DNA of 56,632 bases from positions 1-56,632 of the forward strand of contig JBAYMB010000001.1 of assembly GCA_041663745.1 (NCBI GenBank), read 5' to 3'. The position numbers and the translations under genes are program-made. The first letter of the stretch is position 1. The number at the start of each line of letters is the position of its first letter. Under the pieces are notes generated by a model. It was given only the letters and a program-made list of their open reading frames with translations, was not told the DNA's origin and searched no databases. Origin of the DNA: Minisyncoccota bacterium. GTDB lineage: Bacteria; Patescibacteriota; Minisyncoccia; Phycocordibacterales; GWA1-40-21. Below, in pieces: positions 24,931-32,102 of the stretch.

Positions 24931-25809
24931 TTATTTCCAGTTCTTGCTACTCCAGGAATTCGGCAGATATTCCGATATTGAGTGTTTGTCCATTTTTTCA
25001 GAATCCATGGAGAAACAATGTATGTTCGGGTTCAAATTGAATTTTGCCGATATCTCAGCGATGAATTGGCGGCAGATTCCGCACATATTGCAAGGCTCAT
25101 CCGCATACTTTGTTGAAACGAGAGCGATATCAGTCATCTCCGCATTCCCATCCATCATCGCAGACAGCATTGCGCACATCTCCGAGTGTAGGCCAAGCCT
25201 TTTGTCCGGAGTGGAGTATTGCCCGGCAAAATACAGAGTGCCGTTTTTTGTGAGCACTGCCGTGCCGTATCCAGAAGCTTTGTCGGATGTCGGGAAGTTC
25301 CTCGTCACTCCTTCGATCGCATATTTTTTCAGAGTTCTCGTCTTATCTTCCTCGTCTCTGACCTTGACCGCGATCTTGTTCTTTGAAACTTCAGAATCGT
25401 TCGTCATGGAAAGGATGTTCATCTTCGGGTCATAGTATTTTGAAAGCTCCGTGACATCCTTTACAGATAGCAGGGTCTTTCCTTCAGAATCTATCACCTC
25501 GTATGATATCGGCACTCCGGTTCTTTTATAGTGATCGATCATTATCTCAACGGTCTGAGGCAAGACTGAGACACTGTCTTCCACAAGCGTTATCACTTTG
25601 TTTATTTTGTAGTCTCTTGAAGCTGAGGCCAATGCCAAGGATGCCTGTTCTGAGCTTATGTTCAAAAGATGCGTATCGGAATCAACCGAGCCTGCAATAT
25701 ATGAGTTTCCCTTTTCCGATATGGCAATAGAGGATGTCTTTTTACCTTCCTTTTTTTTGCTGACGCACAGATCCAAGGCCTCTTTTAGGGTTTTTGCGTG
25801 ATTTTGCAT
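24931..25809 (-). CDS. cdd: Two-domain cytidine deaminase (degenerate N-terminal domain, catalytic C-terminal domain)
   Basis: C-terminal half has HSEMCAM (H-A-E type) and PCNMCGICRQFIAE (PCxxC) zinc motifs. The N-terminal half has SEQASLA and LPQTVEIM at the equivalent positions, with no ligands. Confidence 0.75.
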   Translation of the reverse strand: MQNHAKTLKEALDLCVSKKKEGKKTSSIAISEKGNSYIAGSVDSDTHLLNISSEQASLALASASRDYKINKVITLVEDSVSVLPQTVEIMIDHYKRTGVPISYEVIDSEGKTLLSVKDVTELSKYYDPKMNILSMTNDSEVSKNKIAVKVRDEEDKTRTLKKYAIEGVTRNFPTSDKASGYGTAVLTKNGTLYFAGQYSTPDKRLGLHSEMCAMLSAMMDGNAEMTDIALVSTKYADEPCNMCGICRQFIAEISAKFNLNPNIHCFSMDSEKMDKHSISEYLPNSWSSKNWK

Positions 25810-25812
25810 ATC

Positions 25813-26718
25813 CTAGAATATGTCTATATTGCTCCTTAATCTGCTGATGTTCAATTTCGTATTTGACCAGTCATAGTGCAGAACCTTTTTCAAAAAGTCG
25901 TTGAAAAGATGGATCTTGTCCCTCTCAAGCCTCGGGTACATTTTCTCTGATCTCTTGCTTGAAAGCCGTATGGTAGGTCTGAAAGGCATGGGGAAGGCGT
26001 AATACGGCACCAGGCTGGTATTTTTTTGAGGTTCGACAAGTATCACATTTATCGGTTCATTCAAATACTCGGTGGCGTAATCTATCCTGTGGCTTCCATC
26101 GCAGACTATGTAGAAATCATGCGGGCCGTTGTATTGCACGCCGTAATTTATGATGGGTGCGTTTGAATTGAAGATGTCCAAGTGCCTTATGGCGCTCACC
26201 TCGTCTATGTTGAAGTTCTGAAGATACCTGTTTGATATCTTGTGCAGATATTCCTGAGCGTCCTTCACGCAGTATCCTTCGAACTTTTCCACGAGCTTAT
26301 CAAGATCGACATAGCCGTTCTTTAGGTCATACGTATGTTTTTCCACTATTGGTGGTATCATGTGATACGAGTCTCTACCTTCCCAGTCGTATCCTATGCC
26401 TCCTTCAAGCTGATGGACTCTCATCTTCTCTCCCTTGAGGAACTCATCCACTGTTTTTATTATATCAAGCTGGTTCAGATATATCGTCGGCTGGGGAGAG
26501 AACAAAGTCTCCTTCTTTTTGCCGGAAAGTATGGTCGGGGAATCGCACATCGATTTCGGGGGATAGACGGTGGTCAAAGTGAACTTGGCATTCTCATACG
26601 GCTTCAATTTTTCCCCCTTTTTGTCATATATACCTCTAAAGGTGAGTGTTCTTAACACCTTTTTCAATTCCTCAAAGTCTATTTTGGATTTTAACGTCAG
26701 TTTGTGGTTCATGGCCAA
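25813..26718 (-). CDS. ParB/sulfiredoxin-fold (DGxHR) domain protein of unknown function
   Basis: HDFYIVCDGSHRIDYATEYLNEPINVILV matches the ParB N-terminal/Srx core (x-DG-x-HR). First gene of the minus-strand operon. Confidence 0.55.
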   Translation of the reverse strand: MAMNHKLTLKSKIDFEELKKVLRTLTFRGIYDKKGEKLKPYENAKFTLTTVYPPKSMCDSPTILSGKKKETLFSPQPTIYLNQLDIIKTVDEFLKGEKMRVHQLEGGIGYDWEGRDSYHMIPPIVEKHTYDLKNGYVDLDKLVEKFEGYCVKDAQEYLHKISNRYLQNFNIDEVSAIRHLDIFNSNAPIINYGVQYNGPHDFYIVCDGSHRIDYATEYLNEPINVILVEPQKNTSLVPYYAFPMPFRPTIRLSSKRSEKMYPRLERDKIHLFNDFLKKVLHYDWSNTKLNISRLRSNIDIF

Positions 26719-26821
26719 AAAATTATCCTAGCAACCTGCCTTTGAAATTCATACTATAATTATATCACTTATTAATCAATAGTGCAGATGTTCGATTTTG
26801 ATGATATTCTAGGCACCATAT

Positions 26822-27292
26822 ATGGGAAATATCGATCAAAAACAGGTGAAATACGTCCTAGAGACGGACAAGTTCATGAAACTGGCCAGGGAATATGCTG
26901 AAAGGTATTCGACCGACCGACTGCAGCCTGTCGGTTCTGTCATTGTCAAGAACGGAGAGGTCGTGGGGGGAGGGGCGAACAAGATGCCCATAAACAACCA
27001 CAGGTTCCAATTGATGCATGCTCGGGGATTTTGTATACGTCGAATTCTACATATTCCATCTGGAAAGCTATACTGGCTCTGTCCCGGATGCGGCCAGCCG
27101 AGAAATCATTCGGAAAGAAGGGCTATTAGAGATGCTGTGAAGAGGGGTATGGATATAGATGGAGCGGACCTATACCTTTGGGGACATTTTCAAGTGTGCG
27201 AGACATGTCGGGATGCTATAATGAAGGCTCGGATAAAGAATGTCTTCTTGCTTGAGAATAGCAATGTTCTGTTTAAAAGGAAAAATACATAA
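26822..27292 (+). CDS. dCMP (deoxycytidylate) deaminase-family zinc deaminase
   Basis: HSERRAIRDA (HxE) and QVCETCRDAIMKA (CxxC) motifs; ~156 aa, ComEB/dCMP-deaminase-like. Confidence 0.75.
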   Translation: MGNIDQKQVKYVLETDKFMKLAREYAERYSTDRLQPVGSVIVKNGEVVGGGANKMPINNHRFQLMHARGFCIRRILHIPSGKLYWLCPGCGQPRNHSERRAIRDAVKRGMDIDGADLYLWGHFQVCETCRDAIMKARIKNVFLLENSNVLFKRKNT

Positions 27293-27294
27293 CA

Positions 27295-27717
27295 ATGAAA
27301 CTAAAGATCAAAAAACTTCATTCTGATGCAAAGATTCCTCACTATGCTCACCCGGGCGATGTGGGTTTAGATCTTTTTTCGTTGGAAGATTACAATTTGA
27401 AACCAATGGAAAGAAAAGTTTTTGATATCGGATTTGCTTTGGAGTTTGAGATTGGCTATGCGGCAATAGTAAAAGACAAGAGCTCTTTGCCAAATAAGGC
27501 TGGGATACATACGATGGGCGGGGTATATGATGCGGGCTATCGCGGGGAATATAATGTCCAACTCATAAATCTCGGACAGGAAACATATCATATATCAAAA
27601 GGGGATAAGATAGCGCAACTCGTCATATATCCTGTTATCATAGCCGAGCTTGAGGAAACTGACGATCTGTCTGATTCCAGCCGAGGCCACGGAAGATTTG
27701 GAAGCACGGGGAAATGA
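27295..27717 (+). CDS. dut: dUTP diphosphatase
   Basis: AHPGDVGLDL, GVYDAGYRGE, IAQLVIYPV and SSRGHGRFGSTGK dUTPase motifs. Lies 2 nt after the deaminase gene. Confidence 0.9.
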   Translation: MKLKIKKLHSDAKIPHYAHPGDVGLDLFSLEDYNLKPMERKVFDIGFALEFEIGYAAIVKDKSSLPNKAGIHTMGGVYDAGYRGEYNVQLINLGQETYHISKGDKIAQLVIYPVIIAELEETDDLSDSSRGHGRFGSTGK

Positions 27718-27726
27718 GGTTGACTT

Positions 27727-27750
27727 TAAGTTTAACTTAAGTTAAACTTA
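27727..27750. promoter_or_regulatory. Perfect 24-bp palindrome, likely TA operator overlapping the -10
   Basis: TAAGTTTAACTTAAGTTAAACTTA; I checked every pair. The TAAACT -10-like hexamer (27743-27748) lies 7 nt before ATG-27756. Confidence 0.6.
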
Positions 27751-27755
27751 CTCGT

Positions 27756-28028
27756 ATGAATACAATAACAAAAACGAGCATTAACAACATCATCCCTTTC
27801 AAGGATTTTCGTGTGAATTCCGAAAAATATATAAAAGCCATTTCTAACGGAATGTCCTTTGTAGTGGTTAAGAGATCAAAGCCGATCTTTCGTCTTGAAC
27901 CTATGGGGGAGAGCTGGGAGACCCTGATAGATTTCACTGATGGGGGCAAGAAGAGAGGAATTCCAGTAGACGAGCTTTTGGAACATATCAAGAATTTTAA
28001 GAAAAAACAAAAGATAAATGACAGATAA
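27756..28028 (+). CDS. Phd/YefM-like antitoxin
   Basis: 90 aa. The N-terminal IPFKDFRVNSEKYIKAISNGMSFVVVKRSKPIFRL pattern is typical of Phd/YefM. Overlaps the toxin gene by 11 nt. Confidence 0.6.
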   Translation: MNTITKTSINNIIPFKDFRVNSEKYIKAISNGMSFVVVKRSKPIFRLEPMGESWETLIDFTDGGKKRGIPVDELLEHIKNFKKKQKINDR

Positions 28029-28263
28029 GATTGAGAAATTTCTTTTCAAACTATCTGCCAAAGAACTGGAATTTGTAGAGAATGTTCTTTTAAAGATAAG
28101 TAGTGGTAACCATATAGGGCTGAATGTCAAAAAACTGGAAGGACAATCAGATATCTTTAGGGTGAAAAAAGGGAGATTTAGGATAATTTTTGAGATGGAT
28201 AAATCTCACATTGAGATCATCGATGTCGGTAGAAGGAATGAAAAGACATACAGAGATTTTTAA
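28018..28263 (+). CDS. RelE/ParE-family toxin
   Basis: KKLEGQSDIFRVKKGRFRIIFEMDKSHIEIIDVGRRNEKTY matches the RelE/StbE C-terminal pattern. Confidence 0.7.
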   Translation: MTDKIEKFLFKLSAKELEFVENVLLKISSGNHIGLNVKKLEGQSDIFRVKKGRFRIIFEMDKSHIEIIDVGRRNEKTYRDF

Positions 28264-28362
28264 TTTGACTAAACCTGACTATTCAGATATATTCGAGCTT
28301 GAAGGCTTTTTAAAAAAATCCTACTTTGCTTCAAGGCAAATAGGTAGAAAAGGAAGCTGGTC

Positions 28363-28704
28363 ATGAAAAAGGCGAAAGACTCTGTTCCAAGAATCAAGGA
28401 TACGATCCCTCATTCACAACGCATTGCCGATCTCAAGAAATACAGGCCGGAAAGTTACGATGCCTTGAAAAACCCGCCAGCCGATGCTCTTTTGGCCTAC
28501 AATGTCATTGATCTGCGGAAGAAGAAGAAAATGTCGGAGCAAGATCTGGCAGAGAAAGCAGGCGTCTCTGTCCGCAAGATCAAGAAACTTGAACGTCTGG
28601 GTCTAAGGAAGGGCCCGACTGTTCAGGAAATCGGTCTGCTTGCAGGAGCTTTGAAAGTTCCTTGCGCCAGACTTTTCAAGCATATCGACATGACGAAAAA
28701 GTAA
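28363..28704 (+). CDS. XRE-family HTH regulator (paralog A)
   Basis: KKMSEQDLAEKAGVSVRKIKKLERL is an HTH_3 motif. SD AGGAAG lies 6 nt upstream. The N-terminal LKKYRPESY module is shared with paralogs. Confidence 0.75.
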   Translation: MKKAKDSVPRIKDTIPHSQRIADLKKYRPESYDALKNPPADALLAYNVIDLRKKKKMSEQDLAEKAGVSVRKIKKLERLGLRKGPTVQEIGLLAGALKVPCARLFKHIDMTKK

Positions 28705-28718
28705 TTGATAAGTCTGCC

Positions 28719-28748
28719 AAACCTCCGGGATATTCCGGAGGTTTTTTT
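28719..28748 (+). terminator. Rho-independent terminator
   Basis: AAACCTCCGG (28719-28728) pairs with CCGGAGGTTT (28735-28744), then a T-run. Confidence 0.8.
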
Positions 28749-28790
28749 AAATTCGCTTTTTCATTGCTTTTGACATAGTATGTCTATGAC

Positions 28791-30068
28791 ATGAGAAAAA
28801 CGAAAGAAAATACCAATATATGGGATGTCGTGGTCATCGGCGGAGGCCCGGCAGGCCTCATGGCCGCCTCCACAGCAGGGAAATTCGGGGCCAAGGCGCT
28901 TCTTCTCGAGAAGAACGAGATCATGGGCAAGAAGCTCCTCATATCAGGCGGAGGCAGGTGCAACATGACCAATACTGAGCCTGAAAATGTGTTCATGTCG
29001 AAATTCGGCAAGAAAGGGAACTTCCTTTTCACGCCCTTTTCCATATTTGATGTCGGGGACAGCATACGATTCTTTGAGAGTCTTGGAGTGAAGACGAAAG
29101 TGGAACCCGTGTTTCGTGTTTTTCCTGTGTCTGACAAGTCTATGGATGTGCTCGGCGCCCTTGTGAGGTCTGCAGAGAAGAACAAGGTGGAATTCAAGCT
29201 TGGAGTGGGGGTATCGCATATCAAAAAAGCAAAAGACAAGATCGAATCTGTAATTCTTGAGAATGGGGAGGAGATAAAGGCAAAGAGCTTCATATTGGCG
29301 ACAGGCGGGAAGTCACATCCAGAGACCGGATCGACCGGCGATGGTCTCAAGTGGCTCAAGGAAATAGGTCACAAGGTAGCGGAATCCAATCCTTCGCTCG
29401 TACCGGTACAGACAAAGGAGAAGTGGGTGTCCGAGCTTGCCGGTATAACGCTAACGGACGTCGGTATATCTTTGTGGCAGGGAGGCAAGAAGGTCTTGAG
29501 CAAGAAGGGAAGGATGCTCTTCACCCACAACGGACTTTCCGGTCCTACGATCATAAATATGAGCAAGACCATCGGGGAATTGCTCAAAGGGGGCGAGGTG
29601 AAAATCGCCATAGATTTCTTTCCGGGAGTCGGGCTTGATGTGATGCATGAGAATTTCAAGAATTTATTTGAAAAGAATCCGAGGAAGATGATAAAGAATC
29701 TTCCGTTCAAGGAAGTGCCTGATAAAGTGTATGCGAAGCTGCTTGAGCTTATGGGAATGGACGGCGATTGGTATGCAAATGAGGTAAGAAGGCCGGAAAG
29801 ATTCGCCATAATAGAGAAAATGAAGAAATTCGAGCTTACAGCAGACAAGCTCCTCGGATTTGATAAGGCGATTGTCTCAAGTGGCGGAATAGATCTTTCC
29901 GAAGTTGATTTCAAGGAGATGAGGTCCAAGATATATGACAATTTGTTTTTTGTGGGGGATATTTTGGACTTTGACAGACCAAGCGGGGGATATTCGCTCC
30001 AGCTTTGCTGGACCACAGGCTACGTGGCGGGGAAGAGCGCAGCCCAGAGATCAAAGCTGGACAAATAA
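28791..30068 (+). CDS. HI0933/YhiN (BaiN)-family FAD-dependent flavoprotein
   Basis: DVVVIGGGPAGLMAA dinucleotide fold and the family hallmark SGGGRCNMTN. Confidence 0.8.
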   Translation: MRKTKENTNIWDVVVIGGGPAGLMAASTAGKFGAKALLLEKNEIMGKKLLISGGGRCNMTNTEPENVFMSKFGKKGNFLFTPFSIFDVGDSIRFFESLGVKTKVEPVFRVFPVSDKSMDVLGALVRSAEKNKVEFKLGVGVSHIKKAKDKIESVILENGEEIKAKSFILATGGKSHPETGSTGDGLKWLKEIGHKVAESNPSLVPVQTKEKWVSELAGITLTDVGISLWQGGKKVLSKKGRMLFTHNGLSGPTIINMSKTIGELLKGGEVKIAIDFFPGVGLDVMHENFKNLFEKNPRKMIKNLPFKEVPDKVYAKLLELMGMDGDWYANEVRRPERFAIIEKMKKFELTADKLLGFDKAIVSSGGIDLSEVDFKEMRSKIYDNLFFVGDILDFDRPSGGYSLQLCWTTGYVAGKSAAQRSKLDK

Positions 30069-30107
30069 GCTGTTTGGGGTTATAAACACATACAGAGGAA
30101 ACCGTCT

Positions 30108-30407
30108 TTGAAAGGGATGGCCATGAAAAAGAATCACTCAGCACAACTGCTGAAAAATGTGGTTGCAGCCAACCTTAAAAATCTTTGCGAAAAGCGAGGA
30201 TTAAACCCGTTTCTTTTAGGCGGAGAAATGGAGAAAAAAGGCGAAAAAATCGGCCGAAATTTGAAGATCACCTACAGCATTCTTGTGAAAATCTTTGATT
30301 GCGAGACCACTTACGAGGTTACGGTCTCTGACATTGAGAAGCTTGCATTTTTTTTCAACAAGAAACCAGCTTGCTTTTTCAGTCCAATCAGACAGAAAAG
30401 GAATTAA
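30108..30407 (+). CDS. XRE-like small HTH protein (paralog B, divergent)
   Basis: AANLKNLCEKRGLNPFLL... and ...VTVSDIEKLAFFFNKKPACFF resemble the HTH_3 layout. Start is uncertain: TTG-30108, ATG-30117 or ATG-30123. Confidence 0.45.
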   Translation: MKGMAMKKNHSAQLLKNVVAANLKNLCEKRGLNPFLLGGEMEKKGEKIGRNLKITYSILVKIFDCETTYEVTVSDIEKLAFFFNKKPACFFSPIRQKRN

Positions 30408-30447
30408 AAAATCCAACCTGCTTTTGGCAGATGAGGAGGTGGTAGAC

Positions 30448-30756
30448 ATGCCCAAACGTTTTTTGTCAAAGAGAACTCTTGAAAAGCATCATGCCGATCT
30501 CTGCGCCAGCTTGAAAAGCTGTTCGCCTATGGACAGGATCGCTTTGAATGTTCACAAGTTGAGATTGAAGAAGAAACTGACCCAGTGTGAACTGGCAGAA
30601 AAAGCCGGGATTTCCCCCCGAACTTTTCAAAGGATCGAAAATCTTTCAGACCCAAAACGCAATACTTCAATCGATGTTCTTACAAAGCTGGCAGAAGTTC
30701 TTGAAGTGGACATAGTTGAGATCGTAAAGTCGGCAAGTTTTTTGGAAAGAGAGTGA
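30448..30756 (+). CDS. XRE-family HTH regulator (paralog C)
   Basis: KKLTQCELAEKAGISPRTFQRIENL is an HTH_3 motif. ATG-30448 lies 7 nt after GAGGAGG. The track ORF 30295 start is rejected. Confidence 0.7.
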   Translation: MPKRFLSKRTLEKHHADLCASLKSCSPMDRIALNVHKLRLKKKLTQCELAEKAGISPRTFQRIENLSDPKRNTSIDVLTKLAEVLEVDIVEIVKSASFLERE

Positions 30757-30761
30757 AAAAC

Positions 30762-30795
30762 AAGCCCTTGGTTAAAAATACCTAGGGCTTTTTTG
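30762..30795 (+). terminator. Rho-independent terminator
   Basis: AAGCCCTTGG pairs with CCTAGGGCTT with one mismatch, then T6. Confidence 0.7.
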
Positions 30796-30867
30796 TAATC
30801 TTGATTTAATCAATTCAGTCGGATACACTAAAGATTGTTATCTTGCAAAAAAGAAAGGAGGTTAGCT

Positions 30868-31035
30868 ATGAGAAAGAAAGCATTAGATGTTCTTTCACGA
30901 GCACAAGATGGTGTCAAGAGGCGTCGTTGGTCGGGAATGCCTTTTTCAAAAAGAGAGTCTATCAGACGGCTCAAAAAGCATCGTCCCGAACTTTACAAAG
31001 TAGTATTAAGGGACGAAGCAAGGTCAAGGAAGTAA
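30868..31035 (+). CDS. 55-aa basic protein: the N-terminal module of the XRE paralogs without an HTH
   Basis: ATG-30868 lies 6 nt after AAGGAGG. PFSKRESIRRLKKHRPELYKVVL aligns with PHSQRIADLKKYRPESYDALK of paralog A. Confidence 0.5.
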   Translation: MRKKALDVLSRAQDGVKRRRWSGMPFSKRESIRRLKKHRPELYKVVLRDEARSRK

Positions 31036-31055
31036 GGCTTCCCTGGAGATGACAC

Positions 31056-31084
31056 AAAGCCCTTGGATTTTCCAAGGGCTTTTA
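31056..31084. terminator. Bidirectional terminator between convergent genes
   Basis: AAGCCCTTGG (31057-31066) pairs with CCAAGGGCTT (31072-31081). Shares the AAGCCCTTGG arm with the 30762 terminator. Confidence 0.75.
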
Positions 31085-31085
31085 T

Positions 31086-32033
31086 CTATTTTGCCGTTTT
31101 GTTTATCGGATACAGCTTCTCATCTATGGTTCTCGTAAAGCATGTTCTTCCTATGCCATGCTGCCAGTTCTCATTCGTCAATTCATACGGGTACGGTGAA
31201 GAGATATGCTTTCCCGTTATAGAGTTTATGGTCGTCGTCCCGACCTCAGTCTTGAATGTGGCGCAAAGCTCGAAGCTGTTTTTTGAGATCTTTTTGTACT
31301 CATAGCTTTCTTTGGTCTCAGGATCTGTAGGGACGATATAGTTGCTTATAGGCTCTCTCAGGGCATCAAGGGTTTCCGGAACCACACCTTTATTTTCCCA
31401 CTGGCTATATACTATCTGGCTTTGAATGCTGTTCAAGTCGCTCACTCTTGTCTCATCCATCATTCTCGCCCTTTGTGTGGCAGGGGAGCCGATCATGATG
31501 ACCCCATACACGATGGCGGCAAGCATGACCAATGACACAATGATCGTGCCTGTTCTCTCTTTTCTTCCATATGAAAAATCTGTCCTTCGAAGGTCGGCAA
31601 GAGACGTCCTGAAGACCGTGACGGCTACTGCGAAGACGAAGAATACTTTGAGGAAGAATCGGAGTGTAAGATCTTCTGCACCAAGGAATCTGTATACAAG
31701 AGTGACAAGGTCTACGGCCATGGCAAGTCCTGTCGAAAAGAGGGTAAGGAAGATCATCCACTTTCTCATCCAATACTCCCTCTTTTCCGGATGAGCCTGG
31801 AGATCTTTGCTGAGAAGCTTCAATAGATAGATGAAGGTTGGGAAGAAAACTATGATCGCAGCTATGGTAGAGCGTATGGTCTGATCAGGCCCTGCAGCAT
31901 ATTCTCCGGCAAGCGGCAGCGCTTTGTTTATTATCGCGAAGACGAGCATGAGGAAGCTCACGACGCTGACATACAGGCTGATAATGGTGCCCAAATACAT
32001 GAAGAAGTCCTTTGCTGTCGTTTTTGGTTGCAT
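31086..32033 (-). CDS. Multi-pass membrane protein (DUF5671-like N-terminus) with extracytoplasmic C-terminal domain
   Basis: N-terminal KDFFMYLGTIISLYVSVVSFLMLVFAIINK and ~6 TM helices, an architecture common in CPR genomes. Confidence 0.65.
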   Translation of the reverse strand: MQPKTTAKDFFMYLGTIISLYVSVVSFLMLVFAIINKALPLAGEYAAGPDQTIRSTIAAIIVFFPTFIYLLKLLSKDLQAHPEKREYWMRKWMIFLTLFSTGLAMAVDLVTLVYRFLGAEDLTLRFFLKVFFVFAVAVTVFRTSLADLRRTDFSYGRKERTGTIIVSLVMLAAIVYGVIMIGSPATQRARMMDETRVSDLNSIQSQIVYSQWENKGVVPETLDALREPISNYIVPTDPETKESYEYKKISKNSFELCATFKTEVGTTTINSITGKHISSPYPYELTNENWQHGIGRTCFTRTIDEKLYPINKTAK

Positions 32034-32102
32034 GTTATTAGGTTAAATTGATAATATTGGCATTATACTATAAAAATAGACAAATTGTGATATCATCCAG
32101 AT

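Noticed and set aside
22975-25040. Several + strand ORFs (22975..23265, 23208..23843, 23935..24378, 24474..25040, 24899..25435) inside the ThyA-like and cdd genes
   Set aside because: They are antisense to the 802-aa and 292-aa ORFs, which carry coherent domain motifs and tight operon spacing. The + strand products are low-complexity and mutually overlapping.
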